A stretch of DNA of 64,000 bases from an uncultured delta proteobacterium (lineage in GTDB: Bacteria > Desulfobacterota > Desulfobacteria > Desulfobacterales > Desulfosalsimonadaceae). Within the stretch, counting starts at the first letter, position 1. Every line of letters begins with the position of its first letter. The DNA lies in assembly GCA_963826785.1 (NCBI GenBank), contig CAWGYD010000008.1, positions 416,001 through 480,000 on the forward strand, written 5' to 3'. Positions 23,807-33,246 of this stretch are shown here, in pieces. The position numbers were made by a program, and so were the translations under genes. The notes under the pieces were generated by a model, which saw only the letters and a program-made list of their open reading frames with translations, was not told the DNA's origin and did no database searches.

Positions 23807-24829
23807 TCAGAACCATGACCGGTGTGCCCACATGTCATCTTTCAAATCACTGTATTTGTCTTCGAGAATGGCAAAACTGGTGGCATTCCCGATGGACAGC
23901 CCGGCCTGATGGGCGAGTGCGTTGAACATCATGATTTCATCATCATAAAAAGGCCGATATGCGGCGAAATACAGCCACATCATGCCGGAAATATCCTCAC
24001 CGGAGCGGATCGGGGCGCCCATGAGGCCCATGACGCCCTGTTGCTGCAGCGCTTCCGGCACAGGCATATGATCATTGGGAAGAATCAGCGTTTTGCCTGT
24101 CAGGATGTCCCGGGTACGGATTCCCCCGGCCACCGCGGCGGCAGCCAGGATATCGGGGCTCAATCCATGATGGGTCACCAGCACCGGTTCCCCGGTTTTC
24201 CGGTCCACCAGGTAAACGGCTGCGCCCTTTGCCCCGTAACCCCGGGTGAGGTCAACGGTCAGCGTATTCATGATCTGCTTTAGATCCAGAGACGCATTTA
24301 TACCTGCCGTCAGGTCGTGAAACATCTTCGTCATCTTCCGGATATGCACGATCAGCCGGGCCCGGTCAACTGCAATTCCGGCATTGGCTGCAAGGGCCGA
24401 AAAGAAGGCGATTTCGTCGCGGCCGAATTCGTGCTTTTCAGATTTGTACAAAAAGAACACCCCCATGGGTTGGTTGCCGGTCATCACCGGAACGGCCATG
24501 TAGGAAGCGATCCCTTCCTCGGCCAGAAGTCCCGGATGCGAGGCGCAGTCGTCATCGATGATATCGGAAATTTTCCGGCACCCGCTTTTGAGAAGCTCCT
24601 CGAGGATGGCTTTTGCGCGGTCCGGCTCCGCCTGGAGATGTTTTTCGGACAGTCCCCGATGCACCGCAGGCAGAAACCGGCTGTTTTCCGGGTGCATCAG
24701 GCAAAGGCACGCACCCCTGGCGTCGAGGGCGTCAACGGCGATATCCATCAGCAGGTCCAGCAGTTCCCTTTTTTTGATGGCCGCACCCTGTGCCCGGCTG
24801 ATTTCACAGAGATGTTCAAAGTAGTTCAT
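23807..24829 (-). CDS. Tandem GAF domain protein
   Basis: Two repeats with H(R/H)GLS, a (VP/AP)-hydrophobic strand, G-hydrophobic-LY, F..DEI, ALA..AG; no output domain. Confidence 0.85.
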   Translation of the reverse strand: MNYFEHLCEISRAQGAAIKKRELLDLLMDIAVDALDARGACLCLMHPENSRFLPAVHRGLSEKHLQAEPDRAKAILEELLKSGCRKISDIIDDDCASHPGLLAEEGIASYMAVPVMTGNQPMGVFFLYKSEKHEFGRDEIAFFSALAANAGIAVDRARLIVHIRKMTKMFHDLTAGINASLDLKQIMNTLTVDLTRGYGAKGAAVYLVDRKTGEPVLVTHHGLSPDILAAAAVAGGIRTRDILTGKTLILPNDHMPVPEALQQQGVMGLMGAPIRSGEDISGMMWLYFAAYRPFYDDEIMMFNALAHQAGLSIGNATSFAILEDKYSDLKDDMWAHRSWF

Positions 24830-25979
24830 GTTCCGCTCCGGTTTGCTTGTCCTTTGCCAGTAAATAGTAATCCTTCACATGGATCGATGCACGGTCCGCA
24901 TCCCGATCCGAAAGCCAGCTGATGATTTTGGGGACAAATTCCTTTTTCGATTTGGAGCTGACATAAATGCCGATATGGCCGGTTTCCAGCCGGAAATCTT
25001 CCGTGTCGTGGCTGCCCACCCGGCTCGTGATGAGATTGGCCGCCCCCGGCGGCACCAGATGATCGAACTGGGCGTAAATATTGAGCAGCGGCATGGTGAT
25101 GCGGTTTAAATCCACATGCTTTCCCTCCAGTTCGTACCGGTTTTGAATCAGCAGGTTCTTCTGGTAGAAATCCCGAATGAACTGGCGAAAGGTCTCCCCG
25201 GGTACATCGGGACTATCGAAGATCCATTTTTCCATGCGGATGAAATTTTCCACGTAATCCATGCTGTCGAAATTTTCCGTAAACCCCACGTATTTGTCGA
25301 TCATCAACCGGGCGGGATTGAGCAGCAGGAATCCCAGGTTCATGATGTCCCCGGGGACGTTTCCGTAGGCCTCGACCAGGGCGTCGGGATCCACGTACTT
25401 CATCCAGATATGCAAAAGCCCGTCATCCGTATCGAAATTGGACGGGGTGACCGTGGTGATCAGGTTCTTGATCTTTTCCGGGTAGAGCGCGCTGTAGATC
25501 AGGCTGAACGTGCCGCCCATGCAGATACCCATCAGGTTGATCTGCTCCAGATCATGGCGGCGGCGGATAAAATCGACAATGTTGTTCATGTAGCCGTTGA
25601 CGTGATCCCCGATGCCGACGAACCGGTCCATCTTCGTAGGATATCCCCAATCGACCACATACAGCTCCATGCCGGCATCCAGCATGCTGCGGATCACGCT
25701 TCGGTCCGGCTGAAGGTCGAGCATGGTCTCCCGGTTGATCAGGGCATATACCATCAGCAGGGGCGTTTGGATATGCCCCTCCGGGCGGTTTGGGGGCAGG
25801 TAGTGCTTCAGCTTGACCCGATCCTCCGTGTAGACCACCTCATACGGCGTTTCGGAAATCCGGGTGTTTAACGGACTGACCATGATCTGGGCGGCCTTTT
25901 TGCTTCTCTTTCTTGCCCTGTCCATGTCCTGGGCCAGACGGGATAAAATCAGATCCACCGGAACACCTGAGCGGTTCAT
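24816..25979 (-). CDS. phaC: Class III PHA synthase subunit PhaC
   Basis: PLLMVYALINR..MLDLQPDRS, GICMGG, MEKWIFDSPDVPGE, DHLVP, GHIG. Confidence 0.95.
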   Translation of the reverse strand: MNRSGVPVDLILSRLAQDMDRARKRSKKAAQIMVSPLNTRISETPYEVVYTEDRVKLKHYLPPNRPEGHIQTPLLMVYALINRETMLDLQPDRSVIRSMLDAGMELYVVDWGYPTKMDRFVGIGDHVNGYMNNIVDFIRRRHDLEQINLMGICMGGTFSLIYSALYPEKIKNLITTVTPSNFDTDDGLLHIWMKYVDPDALVEAYGNVPGDIMNLGFLLLNPARLMIDKYVGFTENFDSMDYVENFIRMEKWIFDSPDVPGETFRQFIRDFYQKNLLIQNRYELEGKHVDLNRITMPLLNIYAQFDHLVPPGAANLITSRVGSHDTEDFRLETGHIGIYVSSKSKKEFVPKIISWLSDRDADRASIHVKDYYLLAKDKQTGAEHELL

Positions 25980-26917
25980 GATTCACCCCCATACGGCCGG
26001 GTCGCTTTTTCGATTTTGCCGATTCGCTTTTTTAAAAGGTACAGCTCCTTCTGCATTTCCTCAAAATCGGATATGCTGGGCAGGGACAGGTACTGCAGAA
26101 GATCGTTGACCAGTTCCCGACGGGCCTTGGCGTATGCGGAAGCGGCGTTGAGGGCTTCTGAGAGCATTTTCAGGTATTCCGGGCTGCGCAGCAGGCGCAT
26201 GTAATGGCCTTCCAGGATCTTGATCCAGATGGTGTAATAGGATCTGAGATCTTCCGGCAATCCGTTTCGGATGGATTTTTCAGCGATTTGCTCCTGGAAG
26301 GTCGCAAATGAATCATAGAGGGGCTGAAATACCAGCTGCAGAAATCCGGCCATGATGGTCTCGAGTTGTCCCAGGCAGTCGAAGAACTGGCTGAACTTCT
26401 CCTGGTGATACCGCATCAGACCCAGCTGGGGAATATTGATGAATTTCCTAAATTCCGAATCATAGACATCGTGCCATATCCGGAACGCCTGGCGGTCAAC
26501 ACCCGGGGAAATGGCATACTGCGCCGATTTTCCCATCTGCCCGGTCATTTTGCCGGTCATCTCCGCCAGGTTGTCGAATGCCGGCTGAATCATTTTCAAG
26601 ATGATGTCCGGAATGGCGGTGACGCTTTTCAGGGAGGACACCAGTGAATCCGGCTGGCCCATGGCCGATGCCAGGGCGCCGGCAGCCGTCATGGACGCCG
26701 CCAGAACCTGGGCGGCAGATCCCGCCAAAGGATCGTGATCAGCATCACCATGATCCTCGTCTTTCACATGGTCTTTTACATGCTCGAAAGTACCCGATTC
26801 CGGTTGCGGCATCATCGATCCGGCCATCTGCAGCCAGAAATCCGTTGCTGATTTCATCCATGTGCCGAAAACTTCGGCGGGTTCGTTATGATGTTCACCG
26901 GCCGCTGTCATATTCAT
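25976..26917 (-). CDS. phaE: Class III PHA synthase subunit PhaE
   Basis: PQLGLMRYHQEK, Y..WIKILEGHY..L.SPEY, LSLPS..E.QKELY.LKK; overlaps the phaC start. Confidence 0.88.
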   Translation of the reverse strand: MNMTAAGEHHNEPAEVFGTWMKSATDFWLQMAGSMMPQPESGTFEHVKDHVKDEDHGDADHDPLAGSAAQVLAASMTAAGALASAMGQPDSLVSSLKSVTAIPDIILKMIQPAFDNLAEMTGKMTGQMGKSAQYAISPGVDRQAFRIWHDVYDSEFRKFINIPQLGLMRYHQEKFSQFFDCLGQLETIMAGFLQLVFQPLYDSFATFQEQIAEKSIRNGLPEDLRSYYTIWIKILEGHYMRLLRSPEYLKMLSEALNAASAYAKARRELVNDLLQYLSLPSISDFEEMQKELYLLKKRIGKIEKATRPYGGES

Positions 26918-27029
26918 CTCACCATCTTATCAGTTGATTATATTGTAAAAAAAGCGCAATCCTCTTTTCTTTTCCGTACGTTTTGAAAAAACAGATTGCG
27001 CTTGGATACTTCTTATCGGCAACAACTTA

Positions 27030-27293
27030 TCAGTGGGTTTCTTCGAGGTATTGCTCCACCTTCCGGTACTGATCATCGACGGCCGCCTTGAAATCACCCA
27101 CCCCTTTCTGGTAAGTCTTGACCCAATCCTTGATGGTCCTTTTTCCATCTTCCGGAAGCCAGGCGCCCTGGTCCAGAAACGTATTGAGCATTTTTTCCCC
27201 CTGCTCCTGGGCCAGACGCATGGCATAAAAGCCATTGTCAAACGTCATCTTGTTAAACTGTACGATTTGCTTTAATACCTGTTTGTTATCCAT
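27030..27293 (-). CDS. Phasin-like protein
   Basis: 87 aa amphipathic helical protein heading the phaEC unit; AAGGAG RBS. Confidence 0.65.
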   Translation of the reverse strand: MDNKQVLKQIVQFNKMTFDNGFYAMRLAQEQGEKMLNTFLDQGAWLPEDGKRTIKDWVKTYQKGVGDFKAAVDDQYRKVEQYLEETH

Positions 27294-27487
27294 GGCAAAT
27301 TCTCCTTTTGCGGTAATCATTTTGTGTAAAGCCTGTCTTGCCCAGGCTTATTGATCGCATGAATTAAAGTAAAATTTTCCCTTCAAATGTCAAATAGGGA
27401 TAAAAGGGGCTGATTCCAGATAACCCTTTGACTTTCTGAAAGGTTTTACATTAGAATATGTCCTGAATGGTGCTTGTCAAGCAGGCC

Positions 27488-27507
27488 TTTTGTTGCAATG
27501 CACAAAA
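27488..27507. promoter_or_regulatory. Putative PhaR operator next to a -35/-10 promoter for phasin-phaEC
   Basis: TTTTGTTGCAATGCACAAAA. Minus-strand TTGACA (27480-27475)-16 nt-TATTCT lies beside it; a similar box is at 29750-29768. Confidence 0.6.
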
Positions 27508-27634
27508 CGCAACCGGGCACTTTTGGCCCGGGATTTTTTCAGGTGATATAAGCAGTTATATCTGCTGACAGATTTTTGGGTGATAACTGAAAATTTTATG
27601 TTGAGGGATGATTTTATTCGTGCCGGGGGAGAAA

Positions 27635-28123
27635 ATGGCGGATCCGGAAAAAGTGCATTTAAAGAAGTATGCCAACAGGCGGCTGTATAATACGGAAAAG
27701 AGCGCCTATGTGACCTTGAATGATGTGGCGGGCCTGATCCGCCAGGGCCGGTGGGTCAGCGTGACGGATGCCGACACTGGCGAGGATGTGACCGCGTTTA
27801 CGCTCACGCAGATCATCATGGAGGAGGCCCGGAAGAAAAATGCGCTGCTTCCGGCTCCGCTGCTGCACCTGATCATCCGGTACGGCGAAAACATCCTGTC
27901 CGATTTCTTTGAAAACTACCTCGAAAAAATTCTTAAAAATTATATTTTCTACAAGAATATGGCCGATGACCAGTTCGGAAGATGGCTGGAAATGGGCAGC
28001 CGATTCCAGGACCTGGCCAAGCCCCCTTTTTCCGAAATGAACCCGTTCCAGTCATTTTTCAGGCAGTTTTTCAGGGCGTCCGCCGATGAGAAGGATCAGG
28101 GCGGGAATGACAAAAAGGATTAG
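27635..28123 (+). CDS. phaR: Polyhydroxyalkanoate synthesis repressor PhaR
   Basis: KKYANRRLYNTEKSAYVTL, DADTGEDVT..TLTQII. Confidence 0.92.
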   Translation: MADPEKVHLKKYANRRLYNTEKSAYVTLNDVAGLIRQGRWVSVTDADTGEDVTAFTLTQIIMEEARKKNALLPAPLLHLIIRYGENILSDFFENYLEKILKNYIFYKNMADDQFGRWLEMGSRFQDLAKPPFSEMNPFQSFFRQFFRASADEKDQGGNDKKD

Positions 28124-28130
28124 AAAAACA

Positions 28131-28172
28131 AAAACGGCACATGTGCATCCGGAAAAGCACGTGTGCCGTTTT
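28131..28172. terminator. Bidirectional rho-independent terminator
   Basis: AAAACGGCACATGTGC...GCACGTGTGCCGTTTT with A/T tracts on both sides, between convergent genes. Confidence 0.8.
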
Positions 28173-28196
28173 TATTTTTTCTTTTTTCGATTGGCG

Positions 28197-29624
28197 CTAT
28201 GAGGCGATCGACAGCATCGCTTCTGCCCGGTCGCTTCTGGCCATGATGAAATCCACCACCTTGCTGTAATGGTCCCGCAGGATCCGGGAGGACCTGAATA
28301 TGCCCATGTGCCCGGCATCGGCCACCACGGCCAGCTTGTCTTCGGGCGGGACCGATTCGATTTCATCCAGGTGCCCGATCCCCTGCAGCGGCGGAACGAT
28401 TTCATCTCTTGACCCGCCCAGCGCCCAGATGGGCACATTTGCCGGATAGTCCTTTATGCCGACGGTCTTGCCGCCGATGGCCAGACGGCCGCGGATGAGG
28501 TCGTTGTTGACAAAAATTTTCTTGTAGGTGTCGCGGATGAATTCGGCCGGAAAATGATGGCACCAGTTGTACCAGTCATAAAATTCCTTCTGCCGTTTTA
28601 CCCCGTCCCGGTTGCCCGACTTCAGGTCCGCATACATGCGGCGAAAGTTTTTCATGTGCTGTTCAATGCCCAGGAAATAAAACCCCGACACCTGGAGACG
28701 GCCGTCATACACCTTTCGCCCCGCACCGATTTCCCCTTCGGCAATGGTGCCGGAAAACCGGTCGATCAGGTAGTCGATGTATCCCTCACCCATGTGACGG
28801 GAAAAATCGGTCAAAAAACCCGGCTCGGCCTCCGTGTGCATGGGAGAACCGGCGCAGCCGAAGGTTTTGCCCAGCCCGGGGTTTAGAATCAGGGTGGCCA
28901 TCAACAGGGGGCCCGGCTGGCAGACCGCCACCAGGTGGGAGGGATACCCGGTCTTATCTTTCAGATGGGTTAAAATCGAGGTGAATTGCGCCACCTGGCC
29001 GGCAAACCCCTCGTCATGGCGTTTGCCGTCGACCTGCACCGGAATATCCGATGCGCATTTCTGCTCCACCACGGCCATGCGGGTCAGGCCGTTATCCCGC
29101 ATGTACACTGCGGTTCTTTCGGCGATATTGGAATGATGGCCCGCCCGGGGGGCGACTACCACCGTGTAATTTTGGATCGCATGCGGGCCGTCGGCTGAGA
29201 TATCGATCAGCCGCATGGAGGGAAGGTCAAGCAAAACATTTTTTTCCGAATAGCTGACCTGCCAGTCCTGGGGAGCGGGTTCTTTGGTCAGGAAATCGAT
29301 AAATTCACTGTTGATCCGCGCATGGCGGGCCAACTGGTCCAGCATGCCCACCGCGCCGACAGCGGCCGCCTGCTGGAAGAAAAACGCGCCCTTGGCGCCC
29401 GAAACCGCAAGCTGCCGGGTGGTTCTCATGGGGTCGCCTTGCCCTTTGCCATATGAGAAACAGATATCGCTTGCGCTTTTAAACAGATTTTCCATCCGCC
29501 CGGCATGCCGCTCCAGGTTGCGCGCCGCTATTTCAGACAAGGCCGTTCCGGCCTGAAGGGACGCCATCAGGCAATTTGCCGCAACCTTTACCTGCGGAAA
29601 AAAACTCATCAATGATGCTGGCAT
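28197..29624 (-). CDS. phaZ: Intracellular PHB depolymerase-like Cys hydrolase
   Basis: VAPRAGHHS, VAVCQPG, PAEFIRDTYKKIF.NN.L..G, DEIVP, AGHMGIF. Confidence 0.7.
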   Translation of the reverse strand: MPASLMSFFPQVKVAANCLMASLQAGTALSEIAARNLERHAGRMENLFKSASDICFSYGKGQGDPMRTTRQLAVSGAKGAFFFQQAAAVGAVGMLDQLARHARINSEFIDFLTKEPAPQDWQVSYSEKNVLLDLPSMRLIDISADGPHAIQNYTVVVAPRAGHHSNIAERTAVYMRDNGLTRMAVVEQKCASDIPVQVDGKRHDEGFAGQVAQFTSILTHLKDKTGYPSHLVAVCQPGPLLMATLILNPGLGKTFGCAGSPMHTEAEPGFLTDFSRHMGEGYIDYLIDRFSGTIAEGEIGAGRKVYDGRLQVSGFYFLGIEQHMKNFRRMYADLKSGNRDGVKRQKEFYDWYNWCHHFPAEFIRDTYKKIFVNNDLIRGRLAIGGKTVGIKDYPANVPIWALGGSRDEIVPPLQGIGHLDEIESVPPEDKLAVVADAGHMGIFRSSRILRDHYSKVVDFIMARSDRAEAMLSIAS

Positions 29625-29696
29625 GTATTCCTGCTTCCTTTCTTATCATCGAACTGACGTTCGAATAAAGGTTATCATGTATTCATCGGTGTTTTT

Positions 29697-29710
29697 AGAA
29701 CGTACGTTCT
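29697..29710. promoter_or_regulatory. Perfect 14-bp palindrome, candidate TetR-type operator
   Basis: AGAACGTACGTTCT; variants at 29650-29663 and 31042-31055. Confidence 0.55.
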
Positions 29711-30068
29711 GTTCATACTCTCAATACCATGGCAGGGAAGTCAATCATTTTTTGTGCAGTGCATCATAAGAGCGGATGGCGCGGCCGTGTTTTCCGTAGC
29801 GTCTTTTGCGCCGGTGATATCGCGTCAAATAAGAATCTGCAAATTTCATGCGCGAAAAGCAGCCGCTATTCATCATGCTTTAAGCATTTAGAAGGCACAT
29901 CGGGTGAGATGGTGCCCACCAAGGCCTGATATGAAAGCATTGGCTGGATCTATTCGGCTGGGTAGCCTGAGGAATGATTCAAATCGAGGCGAGGGATTTG
30001 ACGCACTGCAAAAAAACGCGGGAAACCAAATTTCATGCTCGTCGACCCGGGCGCTTTAATATCCGGAA

Positions 30069-30902
30069 TCAGTCATTTTTGGCCAGGGCATCTTTAAATT
30101 CATTCAGGGCAGCCTGTATCGGAATAGCGCTTCCTGTTGAAGAGCCGCTCATAACACTGATGCCGACCACCTGCCCCTGTTGGTTGATCAGGGGGCCGCC
30201 GCAGTTTTGGGCATGAATACCGGCATCGGTCCGGATGTATCCCCTTATGAATTCCGTAATGGTCCCCCTGCTGGCAAAATCCCGATACGGCATGGGTGCG
30301 CCGATGGCGTAGACAATATCCCCGATTTGAACCGCGCCCGGGGCTGCAGGTTCAATATACGGGGCGATGCACGCGTCTGCCTTGAGCAGCGCCAGGTCAT
30401 AGGCAGTGCTGGTCATCACCAGAACCGCTTTTAGTTCCATGTCGTTTAGCAGGGTGATCTTGTATTCATGAGGCGGCTTTTCTTCTCTAATCCCGTCTCC
30501 GGTCATTTCATCAGTATCTTCAAGGATTTGACCGCCCATGGTGTAAACCGCGATCTGGCTTTTATTGGTCAGGATGTATCCGTCTGGCGATATAAAAAAA
30601 CCGGCGCTGCGGTGGTCATCGGAGTTGATGGTCACCACGCAAAGCGAGGCCTGTTCGACACCGGCACCGCCCGGGTGTTTATCACGACGGGACCCTATGA
30701 GCGCTTTTCTGATATCGAGAAAATCGGGGGCGCCGTCAGACGTGTTTTCCAGCCTTTTGCCCCCATCCGGTCCGGCCTGCGGGGTATCGGTGAATCGGAG
30801 CACCCCGTTTTCATCGGTATACTGATATATGCCGCCATGCCCGGTTCCGGGAAGACCGGCCAGCAGAAAGCACAGGCAAATCCATAAAAGATTTTTTTTC
30901 AT
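30069..30902 (-). CDS. DUF4124-like plus trypsin-like domain protein (catalytic residues altered)
   Basis: Signal peptide, IYQYTDENGVLRFTDTP, SAGFFISPDGYILTN, DLALLK, NCGGPL. Confidence 0.8.
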   Translation of the reverse strand: MKKNLLWICLCFLLAGLPGTGHGGIYQYTDENGVLRFTDTPQAGPDGGKRLENTSDGAPDFLDIRKALIGSRRDKHPGGAGVEQASLCVVTINSDDHRSAGFFISPDGYILTNKSQIAVYTMGGQILEDTDEMTGDGIREEKPPHEYKITLLNDMELKAVLVMTSTAYDLALLKADACIAPYIEPAAPGAVQIGDIVYAIGAPMPYRDFASRGTITEFIRGYIRTDAGIHAQNCGGPLINQQGQVVGISVMSGSSTGSAIPIQAALNEFKDALAKND

Positions 30903-31140
30903 ATCGGAAAATCCCGATGATCCGGAGGTGAAGCCCTTCATTAAAACTTAAATGGCTAAAAGCCCTCTTCCCCTATGACAAAAATCGGATTTCATGTCAA
31001 TCCGCAAGCGCTGTAATGCGCTTTCCATCCCGGCGTCATTTAGAACGAACGTTCGCTTTTGCTTGACAAGCTGCCGGCGGCACATTAGATCATCTGTTTT
31101 AACGTTCATGAATATCATGCGCCAGGAGGAATCTGCTCAC

Positions 31141-33225
31141 ATGGAATTTTTTTTCAACCCCCGGGGGATTGCACTCATCGGAGCCACTCCCAATCCGCTG
31201 AAGGGGGGGAACACCATACTCAAGAACCTGGTCCACGGATTTGCCGGCCCGATCTATCCCGTCAACTCCCGGTATACCCAAATCGATTCAATGCCATGCT
31301 ACCCCTCCATCGCAGATGTTCCGGACCCGGTGGATCTGGCCATTATTTTTGTCCCGGCCGCTTTGGTGCCGCAAATTTTAAAAAAGTGCGCCGGCAGGGG
31401 CATTCCGGGGGTCATTATCGAATCCGGCGGATTTGCGGAAACCGGGGAGGAAGGGAAAAAACTCCAGGATGAACTGTGCGCCATTGTCCGCAAAACCGGC
31501 ATCCGGGTCTGGGGCCCCAACTGCATGGGCCTGGTGGACGGCGTGAACGGTCATGCGTTTTCGTTTGTATCGCCGGTGATATGGGAGGAAGGGCTGCTTC
31601 CCGGGGAGGTGTCCCTGGTGGTGCAGAGCGGCATGCTTTCCGCCGGGTTCCTGATCGACCTCATCAGCCACGGCATCATGGGCATCAGCAAGGCCTGCTC
31701 CATCGGCAACAAGGCGGACGTCAATGAAATCGATCTGCTTGAATACCTCATCGATGATCCGCACACCGGGGCCGTGGGGCTTTACCTGGAATCCATTCCC
31801 CAGGGGCGGCGGTTTACACAACTCTGCCGGCAAACGAACAAACCGATTGTGGTTTTAAAGGCCGGCAAAAGCCTCAAAGGTGCCGAAGCGGCGATGAGCC
31901 ACACGGCCAGTATGGCCGGAAACGATGCGGTGGTACGAAATTCGCTGATTCAATCCGGAGTGGTCATGGCATCGGATTTCAAGCAGATGATGGATATCTG
32001 CCGAACCCTGTCCGCCTATCCGGATCTGCCCGCCAAAAAACCCCGGATTGCGGTATTGACCTTCAGCGGCGGAGCGGGAATCCTGTCTGCGGATTTCATC
32101 GATGAGCTGGGTATGGACATTGCCGAACTGTCGGAAAAAACCGTATCCGCCCTCGAAGAAATCTTTCCCGAATGGATGCCGGTGGCCAATCCCGTCGATC
32201 TGTGGCCGGCGGTGGAGCGAAACGGTATGGAAAAAGTATACGGCACCGCCATTTCCGCGGTGTGTGCCGACGAAAATGTGGATGCGGTATTGTTTCATGC
32301 ATTTGTCGGCGGGGGCCGGGTGGAGCCGGATATTCCCGGCATGGCGCGGTATGCCCGGGAGGCGGGCAAACCGGTCTTCTGCTGGTTGATGGGCAGGCAG
32401 GAGGCGGTGAAAAAATTTCACATCACCGCCCATGAACACAAAGTCCCGGCATTCGGAGAACTCTACCGTGCCGTGGAATGCATCCGGGCAGCGTTCGGAC
32501 GTCACCGCCCCATTCAGGCCGTGCCGGATGCGGACCTGAAAAAGATCGAACTGACACCCCCCCTTCAGGAATTGATGACCGGCCACAGCGGAGTGTTGGA
32601 TGAATATCTGTCGAAACAGATCCTGGCCGCTGCAGGCATCGGCACGGTCGATGAGCGAAGGGTCCGTTCAGGATCCGAGATGGATGCGGCCTGCAAGGAA
32701 CTGGGATTTCCCCTGGTGATCAAGGGACTGCTGCCCGATGCGGTCCATAAGACGGATCTGGGGCTGGTGCACCTCGATATCCGGACGATAGCCGAGGCTT
32801 CGGCCCTGTTTGAAAAGTTAAATGACCGTGTGGGGAATAACGGTAAAATCCTGGCCCAGAAACAAGTGCCGGATGGCCTTGAACTGATCGCCGGAATGGT
32901 GGTCGATCCCCAGTTCGGCCCCTGTGTGATGTGTGGGCTGGGCGGTGTATTCACCGAAATTCTAAATGACATCGTTTTCGGAACGGCCCCGCTGACCCGG
33001 GCGGATGCCCTGGCCATGATCGGGCGCCTGAAGAACCAGCGCCTCCTGGATGGATTCCGGGGTGCGGTTCCGGTGGACCGCCAGGCCCTGGCAGCCGTAC
33101 TGACCGCTCTGGGGAACCTGGCGGCCTGCTTTCCCCGTATCCGGGAAATCGACATCAATCCGCTGATCATTGCCGATGGCCGGCCGGTGGCAGTGGATGC
33201 GACGCTGATTACAGGAGCGCCGTGA
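31141..33225 (+). CDS. ADP-forming acyl-CoA synthetase (acetate-CoA ligase family, fused alpha/beta)
   Basis: GPNCMG, QSG, GNKADV, SHTASMAG, NPVD, HKTDLGLV, EIDINP. Confidence 0.92.
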   Translation: MEFFFNPRGIALIGATPNPLKGGNTILKNLVHGFAGPIYPVNSRYTQIDSMPCYPSIADVPDPVDLAIIFVPAALVPQILKKCAGRGIPGVIIESGGFAETGEEGKKLQDELCAIVRKTGIRVWGPNCMGLVDGVNGHAFSFVSPVIWEEGLLPGEVSLVVQSGMLSAGFLIDLISHGIMGISKACSIGNKADVNEIDLLEYLIDDPHTGAVGLYLESIPQGRRFTQLCRQTNKPIVVLKAGKSLKGAEAAMSHTASMAGNDAVVRNSLIQSGVVMASDFKQMMDICRTLSAYPDLPAKKPRIAVLTFSGGAGILSADFIDELGMDIAELSEKTVSALEEIFPEWMPVANPVDLWPAVERNGMEKVYGTAISAVCADENVDAVLFHAFVGGGRVEPDIPGMARYAREAGKPVFCWLMGRQEAVKKFHITAHEHKVPAFGELYRAVECIRAAFGRHRPIQAVPDADLKKIELTPPLQELMTGHSGVLDEYLSKQILAAAGIGTVDERRVRSGSEMDAACKELGFPLVIKGLLPDAVHKTDLGLVHLDIRTIAEASALFEKLNDRVGNNGKILAQKQVPDGLELIAGMVVDPQFGPCVMCGLGGVFTEILNDIVFGTAPLTRADALAMIGRLKNQRLLDGFRGAVPVDRQALAAVLTALGNLAACFPRIREIDINPLIIADGRPVAVDATLITGAP

Positions 33226-33246
33226 CCGCTTCCGGCATGCGGGTCT

